Virus record (IMG/VR): IMGVR_UViG_3300046171_000225
Span: 64,001 to 128,000 of that record
DNA length: 64,000 bases
Strand: one strand, 5' to 3'
Source of the DNA: a virus
The notes beneath the pieces were generated by a model, which was not told the DNA's origin, ran no database searches, and saw only the letters and a program-made list of their open reading frames with translations. Each line of letters begins with the position of its first letter. Position 1 is the stretch's first letter. Shown here one piece after another: positions 18,000 through 27,283 of this stretch. The translations under genes and the position numbers were made by a program.

Positions 18000-18321
18000 C
18001 TATGGTTTTAACGAAAAAAACATAGTTTTTACTGACACAGACAAAAGACATGCGGACCTTAAGATCAGACTGCAGAGCGACGACCTCGGCCAGTCTGATT
18101 TTTTCCGTGCCATGATCACCGGCTATATAAACAAAGATCAACGGATTATATCTTTCCTGTATGATTGGAGAGAGAAAGAGAAGAAATACTCTAAGCGAAA
18201 AAGAAAGATCCAAGAGTCTTCTTTGAAAAAGGGAGATAAAATGATTTCTAAATTTGGAATCAACGAAGAAGAACTAGAAAACATATTCGATATGCTAGAA
18301 CAAGAACATCCAGACCTCTAG
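17992..18321 (+). CDS. Hypothetical protein (possible ribbon-helix-helix)
   Basis: IVFT..HADLKIRL..GQSDFFRAMI. Confidence 0.55.
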   Translation: MADYGFNEKNIVFTDTDKRHADLKIRLQSDDLGQSDFFRAMITGYINKDQRIISFLYDWREKEKKYSKRKRKIQESSLKKGDKMISKFGINEEELENIFDMLEQEHPDL

Positions 18322-18391
18322 CATAAAAAATGGTTTTTTAAAATTAAAACTACTATTTATACATGTAATCTGTTTACAGGAGATTTTTACT

Positions 18392-19072
18392 ATGAGCAAG
18401 GACAAGCTTCTTAATGAGTCAACCATCCGTCGTTTCATGAAACTAGCAGACATGCAGGCAATGTCTAACGAGTTTTTGACCGAGATGGGCAAAGGTATGT
18501 ACGGTATGAAAGACGACATGGACGAAGGCATGTACGGCATGAAAGATGACATGGACGAAGACATGCACGGTATGAAAGACGACATGGATGAAGCCATGCA
18601 TGGCATGGAAGACGACATGAAAGACAAGGACATGAAAGACATGGACATGGAAGACGAGGATGAGGATCCTGTTGTCGATATGGATGCTGAGCCTGAGCTT
18701 GACATGGAAGAGGAAGAGATGGACGAGGTCGAGATCACTGAAGACGACCGCGCTGCTCTAGCAGCCGCTATCCCTGTTCTTGAGAAGATTGCTAGTGCTG
18801 CTAAGGCGATGGACATGGACATGGACATGCCTGCTAAGATGGACGCCGAAGAAGAGCCAATGATGGAGGGCGAGATCGAAGAGGCCATGCACGCCATGAA
18901 AGACGACATGGAAGAGGCGATGCACGCCATGAAAGATGACATGGAAGAAGGCATGCACGGCATGAAAGACGAGCTTGACGAGGTTGAGCTTATTGATGAG
19001 GACGAGCTAGTTCAGGAAGTCACTCGCAGAGTTGCTGATAGACTTCGTTCCATTCTTGCTTCAAAGAAGTGA
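18392..19072 (+). CDS. Met/Asp/Glu-rich repeat protein, candidate prohead scaffold/core protein
   Basis: ACTATTTA at 18352; LLNESTIRRFMKLA start; 11-aa (M[Y/H][G/A]MKDDM[D/E]E) repeats; own terminator. Confidence 0.7.
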   Translation: MSKDKLLNESTIRRFMKLADMQAMSNEFLTEMGKGMYGMKDDMDEGMYGMKDDMDEDMHGMKDDMDEAMHGMEDDMKDKDMKDMDMEDEDEDPVVDMDAEPELDMEEEEMDEVEITEDDRAALAAAIPVLEKIASAAKAMDMDMDMPAKMDAEEEPMMEGEIEEAMHAMKDDMEEAMHAMKDDMEEGMHGMKDELDEVELIDEDELVQEVTRRVADRLRSILASKK

Positions 19073-19091
19073 ACAGTAGATTACAAGTTTT

Positions 19092-19123
19092 AAAAAGCTG
19101 TGCTTAGGCACAGCTTTTTTTTT
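19092..19123 (+). terminator. Rho-independent terminator, immediately followed by TTGACA (19125)
   Basis: AAAAAGCTGTGC-ttag-GCACAGCTTTTTTTTT. Confidence 0.85.
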
Positions 19124-19173
19124 CTTGACATAAAGTTAAAAAGTGTTTAATTATAAATAGACTTGGAGTTTAA

Positions 19174-19812
19174 ATGTCTGAAGAAGTTGATCTGCCACAG
19201 GAGGTTACGGAATCCTTGGTTTTGGCAGATCCTGGTGCTTTGAATACTATAGGCCTTATTGGCGATGTTACCGAAGAGACGTCGAACGAGCTTATCTTTT
19301 CTCTACTCATGATGAAAGAGAAACAAGAGTTGGACTACTACACCGCCCTTGCAGTTTCGCAAGCGGAAGAAGATGTTGAAGAGCCAGAGAAGCCAGATAT
19401 TAATTTTTATATTTCTACAAACGGTGGCTCGGCAGACGAGATGTTTGCTATCTATGATGTCATGCGTCTTATCAAAAGTAGAGACGTGACCTCGGTTTGT
19501 ACTTATGGACTTGGAAAAGTTATGTCTGCAGGGGTTTTACTTCTTGCAGCAGGGACCAAGGGAAAGAGAAGAGTTGGCAAACATTGCAGAGTCATGATAC
19601 ATTCTGTTATCGGAGGGTCCACAGGGCCTATGCATCAGCTAGAGAATGAGTTTTCAGAGGTCAAGAAGATCCAGGATAACTACATAAGTGCTCTAGTTTC
19701 CGAGACTAATATGACAGAAGAATATCTAAGAGACCTATTGAAGAAGAAGATAAATGTTTACCTGTCTGCTGAAGAAGCAGTCGAACTTGGAATCGCAGAC
19801 GAAGTGTGCTAG
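19174..19812 (+). CDS. clpP: ClpP-like protease subunit
   Basis: ISTNGGS, MFAIYDVM, GKVMSAG (Ser), MIHS (His), YLSAEEAVELGIAD. Confidence 0.85.
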   Translation: MSEEVDLPQEVTESLVLADPGALNTIGLIGDVTEETSNELIFSLLMMKEKQELDYYTALAVSQAEEDVEEPEKPDINFYISTNGGSADEMFAIYDVMRLIKSRDVTSVCTYGLGKVMSAGVLLLAAGTKGKRRVGKHCRVMIHSVIGGSTGPMHQLENEFSEVKKIQDNYISALVSETNMTEEYLRDLLKKKINVYLSAEEAVELGIADEVC

Positions 19813-19820
19813 GAGGTACA

Positions 19821-21368
19821 GTGTCTAAGAAATATTGCTCTAATCAAGAACTAGAAAGTAGAATCGCCAGCGGGATCAATAAGTTGGCAGATAATGTGGC
19901 CTCTACCCTTGGCCCAAGAGGAAGGAACGTTATCCTTCAGAAAAAGGATTCTAATCCAATCGTAACAAAAGACGGAGTCACAGTAGCCGAGTTTGTAGAG
20001 CTTGAAGATCCGTTTGAGAATCTAGGTGCTCAAGTCATCAAGCAGGCTTCGAGAGTTACTAACGCAGAAGCTGGCGATGGCACTACTACAGCCACGGTCT
20101 TGGCTAGGGCGATGTACCGGAACGCCAGAAAGTATATTTCTTCTGGTCATGCTCCTATTCAGATCAAGCGCGAGATGGATAAGACTGTTTCTGAAGTTGT
20201 AGAGAGTCTTTCGGAGCTTGCAAGTCCTATTTCTTCTATTGAAGACATCCGTCATATTGCTACTATCTCAGCCAACAATGATCCTGAGATAGGTGAACTA
20301 ATTGCAAAAGCAGTTGAAAGTGTTGGCAAGGATGGCTCTATCACTGTCGAAGAAGCACGCTCTCTTCAGACTAGCCTAGACTTGGTAGAGGGCTTTAGGC
20401 TTGGCTCTGGCTATGCTTCTAGTTCCTTTATCACTGATGAGCGTCGTGGGGCTGTCGTATACGAAGATGTATTTGTTTTAGTTGCTGATGCTAAGATTGA
20501 TAAGGTAGACGACATTCTACCTGTCTTGGAAGTTATAGCGAGGGAGGGACGACCTTTGGTGATCGTCGCTTCAGATATTGAAGGGCAGGCACTAGCTGCT
20601 TTGATTATGAATAGTATGCGTGGAACAATGAAGGTAGCTGCTGTTAAGGCTCCCGGCTATGGCGAAGAGAGAAGAGGTATCTTGAACGACCTTTGTTTGA
20701 CCACTGGTGCTACTTATGTCACTAGATCTAGTGGCCTCAAGCTAAAAGAGGTAACTCTAGAGCATCTAGGTATGGCTAAGAAAATTGATATAACAAAGGC
20801 AGTTACTACAATTGTGGGAGGCAAAGGAGACTACGCCGAGGTCGATAGAAAAATCGAAGCCCTCAAGATCGAAGCTGCACAGACCGATTCGATGAATGAA
20901 GCTGAAAGAATTCAGCAGAGAATCACTAGACTTGCTGCTGGTATTGCTATCATCCGAGTAGGCGCTGCCACTGAAGTCGAGATGATAGAAAAGAAACATC
21001 GTATTGAAGATGCCTTAGAAGCAGTCAAGGCTGCTAGAGATGAAGGCATTGTTCCCGGTGGCGGTGTTGCTCTTGTCCGTACCGTCCCTAAGGGCAAACT
21101 CACTGGTGCTCAGGCTGTTGTTTACGATGCTATATGCGAGCCGATTAGGCAGATGGCCTTCAATGCTGGTGAAAGCCCAGACGTAGTCCTAGACAGAGTC
21201 AAGAAACTTAAAGGCTCTAAAGGGTGGGACTTTAACGATAGTAAGGTTGTAGATATGCTTGAACAAGGCGTTATTGATCCTGTGAAGGTTACTAGAACAG
21301 CATTGCAGAATGCTTGCTCAGCAGTTGGGGCTCTCATAACTAGTGGCTATGCCATTGTGGAGGACTGA
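19821..21368 (+). CDS. groEL: Chaperonin GroEL (no GGM tail)
   Basis: TLGPRGRNV, TKDGVTVA, GDGTTT, KAPGYG, GIVPGGG, IDPVKV; AGGAGG before GTG 19821. Confidence 0.96.
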   Translation: MSKKYCSNQELESRIASGINKLADNVASTLGPRGRNVILQKKDSNPIVTKDGVTVAEFVELEDPFENLGAQVIKQASRVTNAEAGDGTTTATVLARAMYRNARKYISSGHAPIQIKREMDKTVSEVVESLSELASPISSIEDIRHIATISANNDPEIGELIAKAVESVGKDGSITVEEARSLQTSLDLVEGFRLGSGYASSSFITDERRGAVVYEDVFVLVADAKIDKVDDILPVLEVIAREGRPLVIVASDIEGQALAALIMNSMRGTMKVAAVKAPGYGEERRGILNDLCLTTGATYVTRSSGLKLKEVTLEHLGMAKKIDITKAVTTIVGGKGDYAEVDRKIEALKIEAAQTDSMNEAERIQQRITRLAAGIAIIRVGAATEVEMIEKKHRIEDALEAVKAARDEGIVPGGGVALVRTVPKGKLTGAQAVVYDAICEPIRQMAFNAGESPDVVLDRVKKLKGSKGWDFNDSKVVDMLEQGVIDPVKVTRTALQNACSAVGALITSGYAIVED

Positions 21369-21655
21369 TGCGAGCAAACATTAGTTTTTCTGTTGATTTT
21401 GAGAAAGTACCAGCAGAGCTTTCTAGACTTGTTGATCATCAAGGTCAGGAGGTTATGTCAAAGTGTGCAGATATTATTAGATGCTTGTCGGATGGAAACT
21501 TCATTAAAGCAAGAGAGTCCATCTTTGAGGCTCGCAGAGCTTTAGGTAATGCTGAAGTCCGGCTGGCAGAGATTGATAGAATACTAGCTGGGTATGTTTC
21601 TTTGCAGAACGGCGAAGTTGAGGACGAACAGGAACCCGCCAATGAAGATGGGTGA
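21368..21655 (+). CDS. Hypothetical helical protein
   Basis: Coupled ORF. Confidence 0.6.
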   Translation: MRANISFSVDFEKVPAELSRLVDHQGQEVMSKCADIIRCLSDGNFIKARESIFEARRALGNAEVRLAEIDRILAGYVSLQNGEVEDEQEPANEDG

Positions 21656-21857
21656 TGTTGTACATGTCCCAGCGAACGTCAACCTGAGAAAAACTATCCC
21701 AGGTCAAGGCCTTTTACTTTACCAAACAACCGTTCCAAAAAAAGCTTTATACATTCAGGACTTGATTAACTCTCGTCCTGAGTGTTGTGAGATTGAATAT
21801 GGCGGTGACGTTTGGATAGCTAAAAAAAGAGATATAAAACTTTTGGAGATCAAATGA
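21642..21857 (+). CDS. Small SH3-like hypothetical protein
   Basis: MKMGDVVHV start. Confidence 0.55.
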   Translation: MKMGDVVHVPANVNLRKTIPGQGLLLYQTTVPKKALYIQDLINSRPECCEIEYGGDVWIAKKRDIKLLEIK

Positions 21858-22132
21858 TTGTGGAATTGACTAGAGTGCAATATGGCACTGGAACACATGG
21901 AGCAGGAAGCCTCGAAAGAGTTCTTATTAACACCGACTATATTGTATACATTAAGCCTACGGCTCCTCCTGAATTAGTTGAGAATGTTCGGAGCACACTT
22001 CACAAGGATGTGCAGTTTTCAAGGCTAGTATTAGATCATTCTAGTCATATGAGCGACATCACCGTTGTTGGATCTCCAGAATCTCTTGCGTCTAAGATTA
22101 GTATGGCAAGAACACAACTACTAAAAGGCTAG
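21854..22132 (+). CDS. Small beta-rich protein (FlbD-like pattern)
   Basis: MIVELT..VLINTDYIVYI..ITVVGSPESLASKI. Confidence 0.5.
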   Translation: MIVELTRVQYGTGTHGAGSLERVLINTDYIVYIKPTAPPELVENVRSTLHKDVQFSRLVLDHSSHMSDITVVGSPESLASKISMARTQLLKG

Positions 22133-22172
22133 AAGCTTGTTGGCCACCTATTTATAAATGGGGGGCATTCTT

Positions 22173-22316
22173 ATGTTTAAAGTTAACAAATGTATAAAAC
22201 TTGAAGATAGAGACATAGATCTATTTCTTCTTAAATTGTTAACAATTTATGAGAATTACGATTTTTGCGAAGCACTTTTATTATTGGTATTAACTTCAGA
22301 TATGGGTGAGGCATGA
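22173..22316 (+). CDS. 47-aa hypothetical protein (not in ORF track)
   Basis: Follows CCTATTTA motif and GGGGG RBS; ATGA overlap with next gene. Confidence 0.45.
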   Translation: MFKVNKCIKLEDRDIDLFLLKLLTIYENYDFCEALLLLVLTSDMGEA

Positions 22317-22660
22317 GCGGAAAAAGAATTGATAAGCCATGGGGATACGAAGAGATTTGGGCACATACCGACAAGTACGTTGGAAAAGTTCTTCATATCT
22401 TCAAAGGTCGTCGTTTATCTGAGCAATTTCATAGAGTAAAAGACGAAACTATTTATGTTTTGAGTGGCGACCTACAGCTTGAGATCAATGGCGGAGAGCA
22501 GATCCTAATTCTGTCTCCGGGTGAGAGCTATCGTATTGAAACTGGAGTTATCCACCGTTTTGTAGCGTCTGAGCATGGCACAGACGTCAGACTTATGGAA
22601 GTGAGTACACCAGAGCTAGGTGATGTAGTCAGGACAGAGGATGACTACGGTCGAGAGTGA
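22313..22660 (+). CDS. Cupin-domain protein (mannose-6-P isomerase type II C-terminal-like)
   Basis: KPWG, LSEQFH..KDET, IHRF, EVSTPE..DVVR.EDDYGR. Confidence 0.85.
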   Translation: MSGKRIDKPWGYEEIWAHTDKYVGKVLHIFKGRRLSEQFHRVKDETIYVLSGDLQLEINGGEQILILSPGESYRIETGVIHRFVASEHGTDVRLMEVSTPELGDVVRTEDDYGRE

Positions 22661-22680
22661 CAAAAACAATGTTACCATTT

Positions 22681-22720
22681 AAGGCTTCCCGCACTATTTA
22701 GTACAGTGCGGAGAAGCTTT
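22681..22720 (+). promoter_or_regulatory. ACTATTTA motif in an RBS-occluding hairpin
   Basis: GCTTC-CCGCACT / AGTGCGG-A-GAAGC arms; GGAG in right arm; ATG at 22722. Confidence 0.7.
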
Positions 22721-22721
22721 T

Positions 22722-23096
22722 ATGTCTATTAGGGTTAAAATTAAAAAACCATTAGAGCAGTTGCTTGAGAAAAGAGAAAAAGAAGCTTATCACAGAATTA
22801 ACTTGCAAGTAAAAGTTAAGAAAAAAGCAGACACAGATATTACTGACGTGTTCAACCAGATTCGAGGAATCAACGGAGTTACAACTCTCCGACAGGAAAA
22901 AGCTGTTGCTGATATGGGTACTTTTTACTTATGCGACATCGTTGTAAAGTTTCTCACTAAAGGCGTTCCTCTCAAGCAGTACGTTTATAATGTGCTTGTT
23001 AACCAGATAAACAGCGAAATGGAAGTAAGAGGTGTTCCGGGAGCAACAGTCAAAATGATTAACTGGAACTCTTTGGATCGTGCGCCTAAAAATTAG
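22722..23096 (+). CDS. Hypothetical protein with 'IRVKIKK..LLE' N-terminus
   Basis: DVFNQIRGINGVTT motif; late-type promoter. Confidence 0.65.
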   Translation: MSIRVKIKKPLEQLLEKREKEAYHRINLQVKVKKKADTDITDVFNQIRGINGVTTLRQEKAVADMGTFYLCDIVVKFLTKGVPLKQYVYNVLVNQINSEMEVRGVPGATVKMINWNSLDRAPKN

Positions 23097-23143
23097 TTGA
23101 CGGCTACATCCAACGGTCTTAAGTATGTATAGCCGGGGGATGA

Positions 23144-23932
23144 ATGAGCGACGTCATCAAGACGGATGAATTCCTAGAATATGTTCAAGCCAACTCTGAC
23201 AGGATCTGGATCTTTCTAGACACTGAGACGTTAGGGTTCAATCCCGACAAGCACCAGATGACCGAGGTAGCCGCGAAGGCTGTCCGGTTTACAGACAAGG
23301 GTATCGAAGAAGTAGGCCTATATCATGAAAAGGCCAAGCTCTTGTCCTTGACTAGGTTGCGTATGATGAGGCCATACAGGGGGAAAGGTCTATCTTACCA
23401 AGACCTCCTCAAGATGACTAACTACGGAGAACCCTTAAACAACCGAACCTACATCGATGAGAAAGACATGCTCAGCGGGGTTCTTGATTTTATTGATGGG
23501 TATGATGATCCTATACTAGTGGCACACAACTCTTCTTTTGATATGAGATACCTAAACGGAAGGCACAACTGCTACTGCAGAAATAAGAATCCTTATGACG
23601 ACTATGAAGTTCTTGATACCCTGAAAGTTATGAAGACTTACTTCACAGCTTATGTTGCGACTGAATCTAAAAGGTTTAAGCATCGGTGGCTGGCAGAAGA
23701 TGAAAAGAACCACATAGTCGAGATGAGAAGGGTCAGGAAAGCCCTTCAGAAAAAGAAAAAGAGGATGTCTCTTAAGCTGGGTAATGTGGCTGCAGCTTTG
23801 AAGATAAACTCTGACGGCTGGCACTCTGCTAAATTTGATGTAGAGATATTAATATCGACCGTGCAACAAATGCTTGTACTATTTAATAATGGTAAAGGTA
23901 AAGAGTTCTATCCGGAGAAAACATTTCTATGA
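23144..23932 (+). CDS. DEDDh 3'-5' exonuclease (DnaQ/epsilon-like)
   Basis: LDTETLG, VAHNSSFD, LDTL, HSAKFD. Confidence 0.88.
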   Translation: MSDVIKTDEFLEYVQANSDRIWIFLDTETLGFNPDKHQMTEVAAKAVRFTDKGIEEVGLYHEKAKLLSLTRLRMMRPYRGKGLSYQDLLKMTNYGEPLNNRTYIDEKDMLSGVLDFIDGYDDPILVAHNSSFDMRYLNGRHNCYCRNKNPYDDYEVLDTLKVMKTYFTAYVATESKRFKHRWLAEDEKNHIVEMRRVRKALQKKKKRMSLKLGNVAAALKINSDGWHSAKFDVEILISTVQQMLVLFNNGKGKEFYPEKTFL

Positions 23933-24330
23933 TTATAAAGATAAAAAAACATATAGTTTCTAAAGTCTTATTCATCAGAGAAGGGGAAGTTCTCATCTTA
24001 AAGAGAGCGCAGGTCCCCTCTTTGAGATCCCCATGGACTTGGGATCTGCCGGGTGGCCATATGGAACCTGGCGAAACCCCTGAAGAAGGGGCTTATAGAG
24101 AGGTAATGGAAGAGATCAGTATCACTCCAGGGTCACTCTCCAAGATCCATGAAGAGTCTAATGCTGGGAAGCACACTCATTTTTATATTTGTGAATCTTG
24201 GGAGGGTGATGTGACTCTGTCGCACGAGCACAAGAGCTACAAGTGGGTTTCGCCACAGGAAATGGAAGAATACAAGCTCCGAATTGGCAAAATGTACTAT
24301 GAAGTTATCATGAGAGCCATGAAAACATAA
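23929..24330 (+). CDS. NUDIX hydrolase
   Basis: PGGHMEPGETPEEGAYREVMEE Nudix box. Confidence 0.92.
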   Translation: MIIKIKKHIVSKVLFIREGEVLILKRAQVPSLRSPWTWDLPGGHMEPGETPEEGAYREVMEEISITPGSLSKIHEESNAGKHTHFYICESWEGDVTLSHEHKSYKWVSPQEMEEYKLRIGKMYYEVIMRAMKT

Positions 24331-24374
24331 AAATGGTTTATTAGCTCCTATTTACTCTTAGGGGGTATTAAACT

Positions 24375-25064
24375 ATGGAAACAATCGTAAGAATAATATT
24401 AGCATTTATCTTTCTAGCTTCTTGTGGAAACACCGAGACGCTAATTAATACCGACGATACGGAAGGGGTGGGTTATCTTTCTGTCTTGTCTACTAATGTT
24501 ATAGCGAAGAGCAGGAACTCGACAGTTCAGATTTTTTCATACGATGATATGGGAAGACAGATTTCGGGCTCTGGTGCTTATGTAGTACACAAGAACAGCC
24601 ACTTTATCTTGACCGCGACTCATGTTGTAAAGTATTCTAGTAAGGCCCTAATCATTTCTGGCAAAGAAAAGATTCTTGCTGAGGTTATCTACGCTGAGGA
24701 AGCCTCGGATGTGGCAGTGCTAAGAGTCGCAGGCATGGTCACTAGGAAGCCACTGGTCTGGAAAACTACTCTGCCAAGAATAGGTGACAAAGTTTTCTAC
24801 ACTGGTTTCCCGAACAGCTACGAATACCTAACAATCAATGGGGTGGTTAGTGGGCAGACAGCTGGACGCATAGTTTTGCATTCCTACGCTTGGGGTGGCT
24901 CTTCCGGTTCGGTCGTGTTAGATTCGCGAGGGAGGTTAGTTGGAGTAGTCTCTGCTATTGACATTGGCGTAGGCTATTTAGGACAACCCCAGCTAGTGCA
25001 AAATATAGTTCTCGTATCTCCGATTAGAGAGCTAGATATAGACAGTATATTAAGCTCTATGTAG
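24375..25064 (+). CDS. Trypsin-like serine protease, lipoprotein
   Basis: LASC lipobox; TATH, DVAVL, GGSSGS triad. Confidence 0.85.
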   Translation: METIVRIILAFIFLASCGNTETLINTDDTEGVGYLSVLSTNVIAKSRNSTVQIFSYDDMGRQISGSGAYVVHKNSHFILTATHVVKYSSKALIISGKEKILAEVIYAEEASDVAVLRVAGMVTRKPLVWKTTLPRIGDKVFYTGFPNSYEYLTINGVVSGQTAGRIVLHSYAWGGSSGSVVLDSRGRLVGVVSAIDIGVGYLGQPQLVQNIVLVSPIRELDIDSILSSM

Positions 25065-25079
25065 AGAGAAGGAGAAGAC

Positions 25080-25313
25080 ATGAAAGAAGAAACAAAGTCG
25101 TTGATTAATGAAAATGTAGAGTCTTTGATCAAAGAAAACGACATGCTAAAGAAAAAAGTTTTAGAACTAGAAGAAGAGAACACATACTTATGGCAGATGC
25201 TAGAGGAGAAAAGCAATTCTGAGAAAGCTGTTGGACAGGCAATTGAAGCTATGCTACAAGAAGCCATTGAAGAACAGTATCTTAAGAGCTTGAAACCAAT
25301 TGGAGACGCTTAA
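25080..25313 (+). CDS. Coiled-coil protein
   Basis: Heptad pattern; RBS. Confidence 0.65.
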   Translation: MKEETKSLINENVESLIKENDMLKKKVLELEEENTYLWQMLEEKSNSEKAVGQAIEAMLQEAIEEQYLKSLKPIGDA

Positions 25314-26347
25314 TGAGAGTTTACTTATTCGACATTGACGGGACGCTAACACCGCCTCGTCAACCTATGTCTGAAGGTTTCGCTAAGTTCTTTCTAGACT
25401 TTTGTGAAGAGAACACTGTTTATCTTTCGACAGGTTCTGACTGGAGCAAAGTTGTAGAGCAGGTGCCTGAGAACATACTGCACTCTTGTGCGGGCGTATT
25501 CACCTGTTCTGGGAACTCTTACTGGTCTCTCGACGTAGATGATGTGTTTGTTGAAGACGCGTCCTACAGGGCTGATTTTGAGCCCTCTGAGGCATTGCTT
25601 AGTGACCTTGGCCTTTTCCTTGAGAGCTCTGACTGTCCAAAGAAGACTGGCGAGCATATTGAGCATAGAACAGGTATGATAAACTTCAGTACAATTGGCC
25701 GCGCTTGCAGCCAAGAAGAGAGAGAAGAATATTCCATGTGGGACAAAGAAAACAAAGAAAGAGAAAAGATTGTCTCTGTTCTCCGCAAAAGGTACAACGA
25801 TCTGAGTTTCAACATTGGCGGACAGATCAGTATTGACATCAGCCCTACTGGCTATGACAAGTCACGCTCCGTCTCTTATCTTAGAGAATGGCACCCAGAC
25901 TGTTCTATTCACTTCTTTGGAGATAAGATGCAACCGGGCGGCAATGATTATCCAGTTCTGAAAGAGTTAAATGATAATGACACCTACGAAGATGTAGATG
26001 ATTATGAGCACACTCTCAAACTTCTTGTCGGTGAACCTGTAGAAACTCCGAAAACTGATGCTGAAGTGCTTAAGCCAAAACCATCTGCAAAGCTTGCTCC
26101 TCGTGGTATCGAGACATTTACAATCTGTAGGCAAGCAGACGAGTCAGGTGTGTCGGGTACCGGAGTTGTGATCGAGGGCGTTGAGTACGCTACAGGACAA
26201 GTGGTACTCCACTGGCTTACCCCGTTCCCAAAGGGCAGTATCGCTATCTTTGAAAGTCTAGAAGATTTTAAGAGAGTGCATATAAACCCTCATCCGAACA
26301 ATAAAACAATTATTACTTGGTCAGATGGAAGGCAGGAAGAATTCTAG
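25313..26347 (+). CDS. Eukaryotic-type HAD phosphomannomutase fused to a phage 'SGVSGTG' domain
   Basis: FDIDGTLT, EHRTGMINFS.IGR, GGQISIDI, FFGDK..GGNDY; C-terminal RQADESGVSGTGVVIEGV..GQVVLHW. Confidence 0.85.
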   Translation: MRVYLFDIDGTLTPPRQPMSEGFAKFFLDFCEENTVYLSTGSDWSKVVEQVPENILHSCAGVFTCSGNSYWSLDVDDVFVEDASYRADFEPSEALLSDLGLFLESSDCPKKTGEHIEHRTGMINFSTIGRACSQEEREEYSMWDKENKEREKIVSVLRKRYNDLSFNIGGQISIDISPTGYDKSRSVSYLREWHPDCSIHFFGDKMQPGGNDYPVLKELNDNDTYEDVDDYEHTLKLLVGEPVETPKTDAEVLKPKPSAKLAPRGIETFTICRQADESGVSGTGVVIEGVEYATGQVVLHWLTPFPKGSIAIFESLEDFKRVHINPHPNNKTIITWSDGRQEEF

Positions 26348-27213
26348 CCTTCTTGTTCTTGTTCTTGGTCTGACGGGAAGACAAAGCTAAGCTGATCTAC
26401 TGGCTGCTCTGGGGCTCGCCTAGAACCAGGGTACCCAGGGTCAGGCAGATCATCTGTCTCTGCGGCTCTGTAGTAAGATACTGGTAGTCGTAGGAATGAA
26501 TCAACAATATTAAATACTGCTGCTACGTGCTTGCAGATATAATACTCTCTGTTTGGGTCTCTGATGCCTTGGTCCGCAGAGGTGTTCGCGTAGTCACCTG
26601 CCCAGTATCCCGGTGTTCCTGAGGGAGACGTCATGTTCGGGTTCCACCTTGCCTTTCTTGGATTGTAGCCCGGAGGGTTGCTTCTGCCCTGGCCAGCAGG
26701 ATAGAGATAGTTAAGTCTCTCGGCGTTATACTCGGGGCCGTTCCAAATGAAAAAGGGGCAGTTGCATTTTACCATCACATCTAGTTGCTTTAGACGCTCA
26801 GATGCAGGTAGTTCTGCAAGTTGTTCTGCTCTTGGACCGTCTTTGCTAAACTGAACGGTAACCGTGTACGGACCTTCTTTGGAATTCGGCCAGTCGTCGG
26901 AGGGCACCTTGTATATAAATCTTCTAGTTCTAGCTTCGCCTTGTCCCGCACCATAGACCATATCAATCTTGCCTGAGCGTGGTGGGTTCTCGATGTTCTG
27001 TCCGTAACCAGCGCCTCTTACAGCAGTGCCGCCACGGCTGTTAATCACACTATTGTTGCGAGAGACAAGTTGATTGTACTTTATACCATTTACAAATTCA
27101 TGAAGTTGTATAATCTTGCCGGTATTTTCAAGGAGAAAGTTATCGTAATGATGTCCACAAGTACAAGTTTCGTAGTCGTCAGAGTAATCTTTCCAATCTT
27201 TTAAAAACTTCAT
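26344..27213 (-). CDS. SWIM-like Zn-finger protein; the only substantial minus-strand gene
   Basis: CNCP...CKH; palindromic promoter motif upstream. Confidence 0.75.
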   Translation of the reverse strand: MKFLKDWKDYSDDYETCTCGHHYDNFLLENTGKIIQLHEFVNGIKYNQLVSRNNSVINSRGGTAVRGAGYGQNIENPPRSGKIDMVYGAGQGEARTRRFIYKVPSDDWPNSKEGPYTVTVQFSKDGPRAEQLAELPASERLKQLDVMVKCNCPFFIWNGPEYNAERLNYLYPAGQGRSNPPGYNPRKARWNPNMTSPSGTPGYWAGDYANTSADQGIRDPNREYYICKHVAAVFNIVDSFLRLPVSYYRAAETDDLPDPGYPGSRRAPEQPVDQLSFVFPSDQEQEQEG

Positions 27214-27232
27214 TATGTTCTTCCCATCCTAG

Positions 27233-27244
27233 TACTAATTAGTA
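27233..27244. promoter_or_regulatory. Palindromic TACTAATTAGTA, bidirectional late-type promoter
   Basis: Lies between divergent genes 27213(-) and 27284(+); 17-nt context repeated at 63672-63688. Confidence 0.7.
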
Positions 27245-27283
27245 TATTAGATCGGAATAGATTTATTTTAAAGAGGAATAAAT

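Noticed and set aside
18295-18963. 222-aa minus-strand Met/Ser-rich ORF
   Set aside because: Antisense shadow of the repetitive 18392 gene, which has the promoter motif, RBS and terminator.
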